64,000 nucleotides of DNA from Longilinea sp. (lineage in GTDB: Bacteria; Chloroflexota; Anaerolineae; Anaerolineales; Anaerolineaceae), in contig DATMYV010000020.1 in NCBI GenBank assembly GCA_035560795.1, positions 15,152 to 79,151 of the forward strand, given 5' to 3'. The translations under genes and the position numbers were made by a program. The notes beneath the pieces are model-generated. The model was given only the letters and a program-made list of their open reading frames with translations. It was not told the origin of the DNA and did no database searches. Position 1 is the first letter of the stretch. The number at the start of each line of letters is the position of its first letter. Shown piece after piece: positions 39,287 to 49,364 of the stretch.

Positions 39287-40609
39287 ATGGATCAAAAATC
39301 GCACAAGAGCGCAATTTCTGCCTGGACAATGTACGACTGGGCCAATTCTGCTTTTGCCACTACCATCATGGCGGCCGTTCTGCCGGTCTATTACACCTCA
39401 GTCGCTACAGCCGGCTTGCCCGCCAACATCGCCACAGCCTATTGGGGCTATACCTCGTCCATATCAGCCCTCATCGCAGCCCTGATCAGTCCCATCCTGG
39501 GCGCGGTCGCCGATTTTACCGGCGCAAAAAAGAAATTTCTGACCATTTTTATGGCCTTGGGCGTGACCGGCACAGCGCTGCTTTATTTCATCCAATCCGG
39601 TGATTGGCTGCTGGCTTCGCTTTTTTTCACATTCGGCAACATTGGTTTTGCCGGCAGCCTGGTTTATTACGATGCTCTGCTGCCGCATGTCGCCAACCCC
39701 GATGAGATCGATCAAGTGTCCTCGCGCGGCTATGCCATGGGATACATTGGCGGCGGGCTGCTGCTGGCCATCAACCTGGTCATGATCATGTTCGTCCCCA
39801 AACTGGTTCCAGGTCTGGATGCCGGCTTGATGACGCGCCTTTCCTTTGTGACCGTGGCGGTGTGGTGGGCTGTTTTTACTCTTCCGCTCTTGTTGCACGT
39901 CAAAGAACCGCCGCGACGCATTGTCCCCGGGGAGGAAAACTTTCATCCCGTGCAGGCCAGCTTCCGCCGCCTGATCCAAACCTTTAAAGAAATTCGACGC
40001 TACCGCGATTTGGCACTGGCGCTGCTGGCTTTCTGGGTTTACGCCAATGGCATCGGCACCATCATCGTCATGGCCACCGCTTACGGCAACGAATTGGGCT
40101 TCGAACGAACCACCCTGATTGGAACGCTTTTGATGGTGCAATTTCTGGCAGCGCCTTTCGCCTTTCTGTTCGGCTGGCTGTCGCGGAAAATTGGCACCAA
40201 GAAATCCATCTACATCAGCCTGACGGTTTATACCCTCATCGCTATTGCTGGATACTTCCTGTATCAAGAGTGGCAATTCTGGGTGTTGGGCGCCGCCGTG
40301 GCTACCGTGCAGGGCGGCAGCCAGGCGCTTTCCCGTTCGTTGATTGGCCGTCTGATGCCAAAGAGCAAATCGGCTGAGTTTTACGGCTTCTTCAGCGTTT
40401 CCGAGAAGTTCGCCTCCATCCTCGGTCCGGCACTCTTTGGCGTCATCTCTACCATCATGGGACACAGCCGCCTGAGTATCGTCTCATTGATCATCTTCTT
40501 TGTTGCGGGCATGGTGCTGCTCACTCAGGTAAATGTCGAACGCGGCATGAAAGTGGCGCAGGAAGAGGAACAGGTGATGGTTGATCGGCAAGCGGCCCAA
40601 TCAGCCTGA
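39287..40609 (+). CDS. MFS transporter (Atg22/UMF1-like)
   Basis: WTMYDWANSAF, PILGAVAD, YDALLP, SRGYAMGYIGG, GGSQALSRS, EFYGFF; about 12 TM helices. Confidence 0.88.
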   Translation: MDQKSHKSAISAWTMYDWANSAFATTIMAAVLPVYYTSVATAGLPANIATAYWGYTSSISALIAALISPILGAVADFTGAKKKFLTIFMALGVTGTALLYFIQSGDWLLASLFFTFGNIGFAGSLVYYDALLPHVANPDEIDQVSSRGYAMGYIGGGLLLAINLVMIMFVPKLVPGLDAGLMTRLSFVTVAVWWAVFTLPLLLHVKEPPRRIVPGEENFHPVQASFRRLIQTFKEIRRYRDLALALLAFWVYANGIGTIIVMATAYGNELGFERTTLIGTLLMVQFLAAPFAFLFGWLSRKIGTKKSIYISLTVYTLIAIAGYFLYQEWQFWVLGAAVATVQGGSQALSRSLIGRLMPKSKSAEFYGFFSVSEKFASILGPALFGVISTIMGHSRLSIVSLIIFFVAGMVLLTQVNVERGMKVAQEEEQVMVDRQAAQSA

Positions 40610-40625
40610 TCCAATAACCTTATCT

Positions 40626-40666
40626 AGAAAAAAGCTGCCTGATTGTGTATCCAGGCAGCTTTTCTT
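40626..40666. terminator. Bidirectional terminator
   Basis: AAAAGCTGCCTG/CAGGCAGCTTTT stem between convergent genes. Confidence 0.8.
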
Positions 40667-40682
40667 AAATATATCCGGGATG

Positions 40683-41090
40683 TTACGGGATCAATTGGTA
40701 CAGCTCCACCAGCACGCCCCCTGTGCTCTTGGGATGGACAAAAGCCATCTTGCGTCCGGGCAGGACCTGGGCGGTTTCATTAATCAATCGCACGCCTTTG
40801 GCTTTTAATTCAGCCAACATGGCATCGATATCGTCCACTTCGAAACACAGGTGGTGCATTCCACCGCCTTTTTCGGCGATAAACTTTGCCAGGCCGGTGT
40901 CGTCGGCCGTCGGTGTGACCAGTTCAACTTCGCTGTCGCCGCATGGCATGAACGCAACCTTGGACTTCTGGCTGGCCACTTCCTCTACATGATCCACGGC
41001 CAGGCCCAGCGCGTCGCGCCAGAAGACGAGCGATTCATCCAGGTCCTGGACAGCTATAGCTACATGATTGATTTTATTGATCTTTGCCAT
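40683..41090 (-). CDS. mce: Methylmalonyl-CoA epimerase
   Basis: VOC fold: NHVAIAV, EL, GMHHLCFEV, FVHPKSTGGVLVEL; follows the mutase gene. Confidence 0.93.
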   Translation of the reverse strand: MAKINKINHVAIAVQDLDESLVFWRDALGLAVDHVEEVASQKSKVAFMPCGDSEVELVTPTADDTGLAKFIAEKGGGMHHLCFEVDDIDAMLAELKAKGVRLINETAQVLPGRKMAFVHPKSTGGVLVELYQLIP

Positions 41091-41114
41091 CAGTTTCCTC
41101 ATGTCCTATCTTTG

Positions 41115-42764
41115 TTATGCCAGCGCAGGCGCCTGATACTCGCCCCATACCTTGCGCAGGACGTTGCAAATTTCACCCAGGGTGATGTCGTTTTCCACGC
41201 AGGTGATGAACAACGGCATCAGGTTTTCCTGACTGCCAGCTGCATTTTCAAGATGGCAAAGCAGTTCGCTGACACGGCTGTTATCGCGTTTGGCGCGCAA
41301 TGCAGCCAGGTTTGCCCGCTGTGTTGCCTCAATGGTCGGATCGACCGCCAAACCTTCCATGTCCAGTTTCTCATCGACCTGGAAGGCATTGACGCCCACA
41401 ATTGTTTGCTCATTCCGCTCAATGCTCATTTGATAGCGGTAGGCGCTTTCCTGAATCTCTCCTTGCATATAGCCTTTTTCGATGGAGGCCAATGCCCCGC
41501 CCATATCATCGATCTTGCGGATGTATTCCATTGCCTGGCGGGCAATTTCATCAGTCAACTGCTCAATCACATAGGAACCGGCCAGCGGGTCAATCGTATC
41601 TGCCACGCCTGACTCGTGGGCAAGAATCTGTTGAGTCCGCAGCGCCACGCGCACTGACTTTTCGGTTGGCAGCCACAGCGCTTCGTCCATGCTGTTGGTA
41701 TGCAATGACTGGGTACCGCCCATCACAGCCGCCAAGGCCTGAACGGCTACGCGCACAATATTGTTCTCCGGTTGCTGCGCGGTCAGCGTTGAACCGCCAG
41801 TTTGGGTGTGAAAACGGAGCATAAGGGAACGCGGGTCCTTGGCGTTAAAACGCTCCTTCATTATCTGCGCCCACAAACGGCGCGCCGCCCGGAATTTGGC
41901 AACCTCCTCCAGGAAGTTGCTATGAGCCGCGAAGAAGAAGGACAATTGCGTGGCAATTCCATCCACTTCCAACCCGGCATCAATGGCCGCCTGCACATAG
42001 GCAATCGCGTCCGCCAGCGTGAAAGCCACTTCCTGCACAGCCGTCGAACCAGCCTCGCGGATATGATAGCCAGAAATACTGATGGTATTCCAACGCGGAA
42101 CATTGGTTTCGCAATATTTAAATATATCGGTTATCAGCCGCACGGACGGCTTCGGCGGGAAAATGTAGGTACCGCGCGCGACATATTCTTTGAGCACATC
42201 ATTCTGAATGGTGCCGCGCAGAGCTTTTTCGGTCACGCCTTGCCGTTTGGCCACCGCGATGTACATGGCCAGTAATATCGCTGCCGGAGAATTGATCGTC
42301 ATGCTGGTGGAAACTTTGTCCAGCGGAATTTCTGTAAATAACTGTTCCATATCCCTCAAAGAGGAGATGGAAACGCCCACTTTACCAACCTCGCCCAATG
42401 CCATCGGGTCATCGGCGTCATAACCGATCTGGGTCGGCAGATCAAAGGCCACTGACAGGCCCGTCTGGCCTTGCTGCAGTAAATAGCGGTAACGCTGGTT
42501 GGATTCTTCGGCCGAGGCATAACCAGCATACTGGCGCATCGTCCAGAAACGGCCGCGGTACATGGTGGGTTGTACGCCGCGCGTAAAGGGATATTCGCCC
42601 GGGAAACCCAGTTTTTCCAGGTAGTCAAAATCCTGTGGCAGCGCAACGCGCGGCAATTCGATGCCTGAAGGAGTCTCGAATTCGTCTTTTCGTTCCGGTG
42701 ATTTACTCAACACTTGCTGGAGGGTGGTTTCTTCCCAACGTTTACGTTCAGCATCAAAATCCAT
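41115..42764 (-). CDS. Methylmalonyl-CoA mutase, large (substrate-binding) subunit of a split enzyme
   Basis: [60 protein letters not shown]. No B12-binding DxHxxG domain. Confidence 0.93.
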   Translation of the reverse strand: MDFDAERKRWEETTLQQVLSKSPERKDEFETPSGIELPRVALPQDFDYLEKLGFPGEYPFTRGVQPTMYRGRFWTMRQYAGYASAEESNQRYRYLLQQGQTGLSVAFDLPTQIGYDADDPMALGEVGKVGVSISSLRDMEQLFTEIPLDKVSTSMTINSPAAILLAMYIAVAKRQGVTEKALRGTIQNDVLKEYVARGTYIFPPKPSVRLITDIFKYCETNVPRWNTISISGYHIREAGSTAVQEVAFTLADAIAYVQAAIDAGLEVDGIATQLSFFFAAHSNFLEEVAKFRAARRLWAQIMKERFNAKDPRSLMLRFHTQTGGSTLTAQQPENNIVRVAVQALAAVMGGTQSLHTNSMDEALWLPTEKSVRVALRTQQILAHESGVADTIDPLAGSYVIEQLTDEIARQAMEYIRKIDDMGGALASIEKGYMQGEIQESAYRYQMSIERNEQTIVGVNAFQVDEKLDMEGLAVDPTIEATQRANLAALRAKRDNSRVSELLCHLENAAGSQENLMPLFITCVENDITLGEICNVLRKVWGEYQAPALA

Positions 42765-42883
42765 AAATCGGCCTCGAATCTTTGTGAGATAGTTCACAGT
42801 ATACCTGATCGAGGCACAGAAAGGCAGTGGATTTATTTATGGTAAACTTTGGATAACCTTCCCGATTTCAAGAGGGTATAACG

Positions 42884-44098
42884 ATGAGCTACTTCCTCCA
42901 ACTGGCATTTCTGCTTGCAATCATCATTTTAATGGCCAAGTTGGGCGGATATCTGAGTACGCGCCTGGGCCAGCCATCTGTTTTGGGCGAACTTCTGGTG
43001 GGTTTGTTGTTGGGCCCATCCCTCATCGATATTACGCATCTAGCCTTTTTCACCAATTCACATCTCGGCGAGACCGTCTCGCAACTGGGTGAATTGGGCG
43101 TGATGTTATTAATGTTCCTGGCCGGTCTCGAATTGGAATTCAAGGACCTGGCGCGTAACATGAAAGTTTCTGCGCTTTCAGGGACCTTTGGCGTTATTTT
43201 ACCTGTCGGACTGGGGCTGTTTGTTGGCGAATTGCTGGGAATGGATTTCTCGCACGCTATGTTCCTGGGCCTTACCCTGGGTGCCACCAGCGTTAGCATC
43301 TCAGCTCAGACCCTGATGGAGCTCAAGGTGCTCCGCAGCCGGGTTGGCCTGGGTTTGCTGGGAGCGGCTGTATTCGATGATATCCTTGTCATCCTGCTTC
43401 TTTCTGTTTACCTGGCGCTCGAAGGTGGCGGCGGTGGGTTCCTGGCTATTTTACTGGTGATCGGAAAAATGCTTTTGTTCCTGATCCTCTCGGTTGCCTT
43501 CGGTCATTGGATCCTCCCTCGCCTGACCCGCCTGACGTCCCGCCTCGGGATCAGTCAGGGTGTTGTCAGCCTGGCAATCGTCGTCCTGCTTTTCTACGGG
43601 CTGGCGGCTGAGGTGGTAGGAGGAATGGCGGCGATTACCGGTGCTTTTGTGGCAGGTCTCATGTTTGGCCGGACCAGCGAGTCGCATCAAATTGAAATTG
43701 GAATTAACGCTCTTGCGTATGGTTTCTTCGTGCCCATCTTCTTTATCAGCATCGGTCTGAACATCAATATCCGTGAATTGGATCCATCCGCATTGTGGAT
43801 CACGCTCCTGATTACCATAATCGCCATTCTTGGTAAGATCCTGGGTGCCGGACTGGGTGCTTACCTCGGGAAGTTTTCAAAATGGGAATCGATTCAATTG
43901 GGCATTGGCATGGTATCACGCGGCGAAGTCGGACTGATCGTTGCCAAAGTAGGTTTGGACTCGGGATTACTTTCCAAGGATCTATTTTCAGCAATCGTTG
44001 GCATGGTTCTCGTCACAACCCTGGTGACTCCCCCCATGCTTCGCGCTTCTTTTCGCACCCCAAAATTACCCCCTGTTGTTCCTGAACCGGAAGAATAA
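42884..44098 (+). CDS. Cation:proton antiporter (CPA2, NapA/Kef-like)
   Basis: QPSVLGELL.G, LFLAGLE-like segment, ATSVSI, AAVFDD, PIFF..IG, MVSRGEV. Confidence 0.92.
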   Translation: MSYFLQLAFLLAIIILMAKLGGYLSTRLGQPSVLGELLVGLLLGPSLIDITHLAFFTNSHLGETVSQLGELGVMLLMFLAGLELEFKDLARNMKVSALSGTFGVILPVGLGLFVGELLGMDFSHAMFLGLTLGATSVSISAQTLMELKVLRSRVGLGLLGAAVFDDILVILLLSVYLALEGGGGGFLAILLVIGKMLLFLILSVAFGHWILPRLTRLTSRLGISQGVVSLAIVVLLFYGLAAEVVGGMAAITGAFVAGLMFGRTSESHQIEIGINALAYGFFVPIFFISIGLNINIRELDPSALWITLLITIIAILGKILGAGLGAYLGKFSKWESIQLGIGMVSRGEVGLIVAKVGLDSGLLSKDLFSAIVGMVLVTTLVTPPMLRASFRTPKLPPVVPEPEE

Positions 44099-44109
44099 AA
44101 GGAGGATTT

Positions 44110-44475
44110 ATGGACTATATGGTGTTCTTTGTCTTGCACGATGTTTCCCGCATGCAAGAATTATTGACTGCCTGGGATATAGCTGGAGTGAGTGGAATCA
44201 CCATCCTGCTGAGCACAGGGCTGGCACGCTACCGCATTGGCGGCGGGCTGCGTGAAGACCTTCCGCTCATCCCAAGCCTGGATGATTTGCTTGAACGCAC
44301 CCAAAACACCAACCGTACGTTCTTCACCATCGTTCATGGTGAAGAAATGGTGGATAAGATCATCGCGGCGACCGAGACAGTCACTGGAGACCTGAATTTG
44401 CCGGATACCGGGATTCTGGCCGCCTTGCCGGTCGCACGCGTACGCGGACTGAAACGCAAAAATGAGGATGCATGA
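44110..44475 (+). CDS. PII-like (GlnB superfamily) protein
   Basis: 121 aa; GVSGITIL.S.G and GDLN.PDTGI...PV match divergent PII-like proteins; GGAGG RBS. Confidence 0.6.
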   Translation: MDYMVFFVLHDVSRMQELLTAWDIAGVSGITILLSTGLARYRIGGGLREDLPLIPSLDDLLERTQNTNRTFFTIVHGEEMVDKIIAATETVTGDLNLPDTGILAALPVARVRGLKRKNEDA

Positions 44476-45617
44476 AAATTCTTGCTGTTGATGTCGGAAC
44501 AGGCACGCAGGATATCTTTTTCTATGATTCGCGCCTGGATATGGAAAACGGCTTCAAGCTGATCCTGCCATCGCCGACGATGATCGTCAACCGCAGGTTG
44601 CGGGAAGCCACCAAACACAAGGAGCCCGTGTTGCTTCACGGCGTGATCATGGGTGGCGGGCCTGCCGCGTGGGCAGTGGAAGCCCATCTGAAAGCCGGTA
44701 ATGCCGTTTATGCAACGCCTGATGCCGCGCGAACTCTCAATGACAATCTTGAGACGGTAACTTCACTTGGCGTGCAGCTGGTCAGCCCGGATGAAGCCCG
44801 CCGGCTGCCAGAAGGAGTCATTCGCCTGCACCTGGCCGATTTTGACCCCATTGCCCTGCGTTACGCGCTGGCCCCTTTCGGATTATCCTTGCAAGGTCTT
44901 GACGCGGTAGCCGTGGCAGTTTTTGATCACGGTTCAGCACCGATTGGCGTTTCTGACCGGCGTTTCCGGTTTGATTACCTGAACGAGCGAATCCGTGCCG
45001 AAAATCGGCTCAGTGCGTTTGCGTTTCCCGCCGAAAAAATCCCGCCTGCGATGACACGACTGCAAGCGGTGGCAAAATCGGCCGGCGAAATCCCCGCGCC
45101 GCTGATGGTGATGGATACAGCCCCGGCAGCTGTCCTGGGTGCATCCCTCGATCCGATGGTTTCCTTACACAAACAAAACCTGATTGTCAATGTGGGTAAT
45201 TTCCATACATTAGCTTTCCGGATGGGTGACGACGGCATTGAAGGCCTGTTTGAACACCATACCGGTTTTCTCAACCAGGCAAAATTGGAAGATTTATTAC
45301 TTCGCCTGGCGGAGGGAACGTTGACCAATTCCGCGGTTTATGAGGATAACGGGCACGGCGCGCTTGTTTACGGCGGTCAACCTTTACGAATGGATCATGC
45401 CGATTTCAACCTGGTTGTGACAGGTCCCCGGCGCAACATGCTGCGCGGCTCAACCCTTAAGCCCTACTTTGCCGTACCCTTTGGAGATATGATGATTTCC
45501 GGCTGCTTTGGACTGCTGGCTGCGGTTGCCGATGTAATGCCGGACCTGGCCGAACCATTGCGGGCTTCGCTAAACGGCGCTGGGGGTGCTGGAACGCCGC
45601 CCTGGGAAGTGGGTTGA
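44472..45617 (+). CDS. DUF1786-like ASKHA-fold protein
   Basis: ILAVDVGTGTQD and VNVGNFHT phosphate-loop-like motifs; DHG, SDR, FEHHTG, GHG, TGPRR, PFGDMM. ATGA overlap with the upstream gene. Confidence 0.75.
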   Translation: MKILAVDVGTGTQDIFFYDSRLDMENGFKLILPSPTMIVNRRLREATKHKEPVLLHGVIMGGGPAAWAVEAHLKAGNAVYATPDAARTLNDNLETVTSLGVQLVSPDEARRLPEGVIRLHLADFDPIALRYALAPFGLSLQGLDAVAVAVFDHGSAPIGVSDRRFRFDYLNERIRAENRLSAFAFPAEKIPPAMTRLQAVAKSAGEIPAPLMVMDTAPAAVLGASLDPMVSLHKQNLIVNVGNFHTLAFRMGDDGIEGLFEHHTGFLNQAKLEDLLLRLAEGTLTNSAVYEDNGHGALVYGGQPLRMDHADFNLVVTGPRRNMLRGSTLKPYFAVPFGDMMISGCFGLLAAVADVMPDLAEPLRASLNGAGGAGTPPWEVG

Positions 45618-45736
45618 CCTTAGGGTTCTGCATCATCCGCTGGTCAGACTTCCTACAATGTGGTAAAATTCCGTTCGCTCGGGATGTTGTACCCTTCATC
45701 CCGCAGCACATCTTAGTACGGAAAGGGCTTGACCCA

Positions 45737-46255
45737 ATGAAGGTTCTTTTGATGAAAGACGTATACAAGCTTGGTCGCGCTGGCGACGTGAAACGTGTTG
45801 CGGACGGTTTCGGCCGCAACTTCTTATTGCCGCAGGGGTTGGCAGTTTTGGCCACGCCAGGCGCTCTCAAGCAGGTTGACCGAATTCGCAGCGTTGCCGC
45901 TGCCAAACGTACGGTCCTCAACAATGAAATGAGCAGCGTGGCAGAAAAAATCCACGATGCCGTTGTGGCTTTCCCCAGCAAGGCTGGCGAAACTGGCAAG
46001 TTGTACGGTTCGATCACCCCGCAAATGGTTGTCGATGCAGTCAACAAGAAATACGGCCTTAACCTCGAACGCCGTATGGTTGAAATCCAGCCAATTCGCA
46101 CACTCGGCGAGCACAAAGCGCGCGTACGTTTGACCATTGACCTCACCCCTGAAATCAAAGTCATCGTCCACCGCGAAGGCGAAGCACCGGTAGTGCCGGC
46201 CGTAGAGACGCCTGCAGTTGCCGCAGAAGAAGCGGAAACTGAAGCGCAGCCGTAA
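45737..46255 (+). CDS. rplI: 50S ribosomal protein L9
   Basis: MKVLL..DV..LG..GDV..VADGFGRNFLLPQG, GKLYGSIT, PIRTLG. Confidence 0.97.
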   Translation: MKVLLMKDVYKLGRAGDVKRVADGFGRNFLLPQGLAVLATPGALKQVDRIRSVAAAKRTVLNNEMSSVAEKIHDAVVAFPSKAGETGKLYGSITPQMVVDAVNKKYGLNLERRMVEIQPIRTLGEHKARVRLTIDLTPEIKVIVHREGEAPVVPAVETPAVAAEEAETEAQP

Positions 46256-46285
46256 TCCAACACAGCTGCCGAAATTTTACTGATT

Positions 46286-46325
46286 ACCGGCCTGAGGCAG
46301 CTTTAACGCTGTCGGGCCGGTTTTC
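46286..46325 (+). terminator. Terminator after rplI
   Basis: CCGGCC..GGCAGC/GCTGTC..GGCCGG stem followed by TTTT. Confidence 0.65.
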
Positions 46326-46352
46326 TATTGCATGCTACAATTGGCAAAAGCC

Positions 46353-47849
46353 ATGCCTTTAACCATCGGTGAACAACTCAAACAAACACGCGAGGCCCGC
46401 GGCCTGAGTTTGGAACAGGCAGCGCAGGTCACCCATGTGCGCATCCATTACCTGAAGGCGCTGGAAAGCGATCTGCGCGACCAGCTGCCTTCAACCGCCC
46501 AGGGCCGCGGTTTCTTACGGTTGTATGCAGGCTATCTCGGTCTGGCTGTGCAGCCGCTGCTTGACCAATGGGAAGGCCGCATGCCGGCTGTACCTGAACC
46601 GCCGGCGGAAGTAATTCCGATCGAAGGTCAACCGGGAGAAAAAGTACATTTTGAAGAATCCGTTATTGAATCATCACCGGTTGAAACGGATGGTGGGGAA
46701 GCCGGCAATGAAACAGCCGGAGAAGAAGATCAGGATATTGCAGAACCTTCAGAAATTGACGAAATTGTTCAGATTCAACCGCATGTTGAAAAAGCCGAAA
46801 CGCCACCCACCCTCCAATCCGATGCCCTCCTGGAAGAAATCGGCGAAACGCTGCGCCAGCGGCGCGAATCAATCAGCCTCTCTTTAAGCGACGTGGAACA
46901 TTACACCCGTCTCAGGCAGCATTACCTGCGTGCCCTGGAAACGGGCCGAATCAACGATCTTCCATCGGCAGTTCAAGGCCGCGGCATGCTCAGTAATTAT
47001 GCTGAATTTTTGAACCTGGATGTCGATGCCCTGCTTGGGCGGTTTGCGGATGCGCTTCAAGCCAGACGGATCGAATTACAACCCGCCTCTCAATCACGCG
47101 CCAGCCGGCCGGTCGCCAGCCAGCCCCGGCCATTTGCTGGAAATCAGGCCGCATCAGGCACAACGCCCTTATCACCGTCCGCTCAAAGCCCGGTCACACG
47201 GCTGGAGTCGCTTGCCCGCTTTCTCACTCCGGATCTGGTGGTCATCAGCAGTCTGATTATTGTCCTGGTGGTGTTCGTGATCTGGGCGGCATCCCGCGTG
47301 ACGGCTCTCAGCACAACAGACCTGGAATCAACCACACGTCCCATTTCCGAGGTTTTGCTGGAGACGAGTGAACCCAGCATCACTGCCACCTTGGAACCCA
47401 CCCAGAGCACGCCTATCCCTCCAGGATTGGTTAACCCATCTGCCGGCAGCGAGTCAACCCTTGAAAACGGCACGCTGCCTCCTGTATCGAATTCACCCAT
47501 TCAAGTGTATGTCATCGCCCGCCAACGCGCCTGGCTGCGCGTGACCGTGGATGGAAAAATTTCCTTTAGCGGTCGAGTGATTCCTGGCAACGCTTACCCT
47601 TTTTCCGGCAGCGAAGAAATCGAATTGCTAACTGGAAACGCAGCCGGTCTGCAGGTTTTTTATAATCAAGACGACCTGGGTTCCCTGGGGACTGTTGGTC
47701 AGGTTGTCAGCCTGATCTTTTTGCCGGAAGGCGTAATCACCCCGACTCCAGCTTTCACGCCCACCAATACGGCTACCCTGCCAGCCACGTTGACGCCGTA
47801 TCCCAGTCCCACGCTGCCTACTCCTACCATTACTCCTTTTGTTCCTTGA
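46353..47849 (+). CDS. RodZ-like membrane protein with two HTH domains and a DUF4115-like external domain
   Basis: Two IGExL..RE..SL..YLxALE..LPS..QGRG..YA repeats, one TM helix, and AWLRVTVDG..GNAAGL domain; adjacent to rimO. Confidence 0.85.
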   Translation: MPLTIGEQLKQTREARGLSLEQAAQVTHVRIHYLKALESDLRDQLPSTAQGRGFLRLYAGYLGLAVQPLLDQWEGRMPAVPEPPAEVIPIEGQPGEKVHFEESVIESSPVETDGGEAGNETAGEEDQDIAEPSEIDEIVQIQPHVEKAETPPTLQSDALLEEIGETLRQRRESISLSLSDVEHYTRLRQHYLRALETGRINDLPSAVQGRGMLSNYAEFLNLDVDALLGRFADALQARRIELQPASQSRASRPVASQPRPFAGNQAASGTTPLSPSAQSPVTRLESLARFLTPDLVVISSLIIVLVVFVIWAASRVTALSTTDLESTTRPISEVLLETSEPSITATLEPTQSTPIPPGLVNPSAGSESTLENGTLPPVSNSPIQVYVIARQRAWLRVTVDGKISFSGRVIPGNAYPFSGSEEIELLTGNAAGLQVFYNQDDLGSLGTVGQVVSLIFLPEGVITPTPAFTPTNTATLPATLTPYPSPTLPTPTITPFVP

Positions 47850-47855
47850 GTTGAG

Positions 47856-49193
47856 ATGATCGAAAAATCCTTTTATCTGGTATCCCTCGGTTGTGCAAAA
47901 AATACGGTTGATTCCGAATCAATGGCCTCCCTATTAATCAATGCCGGCTACCAACCGGTCGAGAAACCGGGGCAGGCTGGTCTTTTGATCGTCAACACCT
48001 GCGGCTTCATCAAACCTGCGCGCGATGAATCGATCTTCGAACTGCGCAAACTGGCGCACAAAAAACGCAGCGGTCAGTTCCTGATCGCTGCCGGCTGCCT
48101 GACCGAACGCTATCGAGAAGAAGTGGCGGCACAGGTCCCTGGCATTGACGGCATGATCGGTACGCGTCGTTGGATGGATATTGTGGATGTTGTTCAACAA
48201 TTGCGCACCACGCAGCCCAAAACACTTTACCACCTGCCCGATACTCCCACCGTGGGCACGGACGAACACGGCGTTTTACGCGTGTCGCGCCAGGGACCCA
48301 GTGCTTACCTGAAAATTGCTGACGGTTGCCGCCGGCCATGCGCCTACTGTTCCATCCCGTTGATCAAAGGAACAGCTGTCAGCCGGCCTGTTGATGCCAT
48401 TGTCCGTGAAGCAAAACTGTTGCAGGATGCCGGGGTAAAGGAACTGATCCTAATCGCCCAGGACACCACCGATTACGGCCATGATCTTGGCATGAAAGAC
48501 GGGCTTGCCACGTTGATTGAACAAATCACGTCTGCCGCGCCTAAGCTACCCTGGCTGCGAATTCTGTATGCCTATCCAGGTTACGTCACTGACCGGCTGA
48601 TCGATTTAATGGCCAACACTCCACAGGTTTTACATTACCTGGATATGCCTCTGCAGCATGCCCATCCGGAGACCCTCAAGCGCATGCGCCGTCCAGCCAA
48701 TGTGGATTGGGTGCACCGTACCCTTGGAAAAATGCGCCAGGCGATGCCAGACCTGGCATTACGGACAACATTTATTGTTGGCTACCCTGGCGAATCCGAA
48801 GAAGAATTCCAGACACTGTTGGATTTTATTTCAGATACCAAATTCGACCGGGTGGGGGTCTTCCCGTTCTCCTTTGAACCGGGCACGACCAGCGAACCAT
48901 TGGGCGACCCAATTCCAAAAGAATTGAAGGAAGAGCGCGTGGCGCGCGTGATGCAGCTCCAGGAAACCATTTCCCTTACACGCAACCAGGCTTTGGTAGG
49001 GAAAAAGCTGCCAGTCTTGATTGAGGGAATCCAAAAAGGCGTTGCCGTGGGCCGTTCTTATCGCGATGCGCCAGAAATTGATGGGATGGTATTTGCCGAA
49101 GGGAAAGCCGAACTGGGTCAGATCGTACCCGTGCTCATTTCAGGCGCGCTTGTTCACGACCTGACCGGCAGCGTGATCCCCACCTCTGAATAA
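47856..49193 (+). CDS. rimO: Ribosomal protein S12 methylthiotransferase
   Basis: SLGCAKN.VDSE, NTCGFI, YLKIADGC..C.YC.IP radical-SAM motif, TRAM domain ending DAPEIDG. Confidence 0.95.
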   Translation: MIEKSFYLVSLGCAKNTVDSESMASLLINAGYQPVEKPGQAGLLIVNTCGFIKPARDESIFELRKLAHKKRSGQFLIAAGCLTERYREEVAAQVPGIDGMIGTRRWMDIVDVVQQLRTTQPKTLYHLPDTPTVGTDEHGVLRVSRQGPSAYLKIADGCRRPCAYCSIPLIKGTAVSRPVDAIVREAKLLQDAGVKELILIAQDTTDYGHDLGMKDGLATLIEQITSAAPKLPWLRILYAYPGYVTDRLIDLMANTPQVLHYLDMPLQHAHPETLKRMRRPANVDWVHRTLGKMRQAMPDLALRTTFIVGYPGESEEEFQTLLDFISDTKFDRVGVFPFSFEPGTTSEPLGDPIPKELKEERVARVMQLQETISLTRNQALVGKKLPVLIEGIQKGVAVGRSYRDAPEIDGMVFAEGKAELGQIVPVLISGALVHDLTGSVIPTSE

Positions 49194-49364
49194 ATCCTAT
49201 TTTTTCAACTGGCTAAAAGTACCCAAGGCGGCAGAATAAATAACCTGTATGTTAAATTTCACACGCAAACAGGCGGATTATGAGTACCGGGATTCCGACA
49301 AGAATGGAAGCTCAACCCTCGCTTGTTTTGTTAGCATTTGTGGCAGTGTTTGTTTTTTTTGGTT

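Noticed and set aside
47740-47849. Low-complexity ACx/CCx repeats (also 49880-50000 and 23060-23140)
   Set aside because: They encode Pro/Thr/Ala-rich protein linkers and are not DNA repeat elements.
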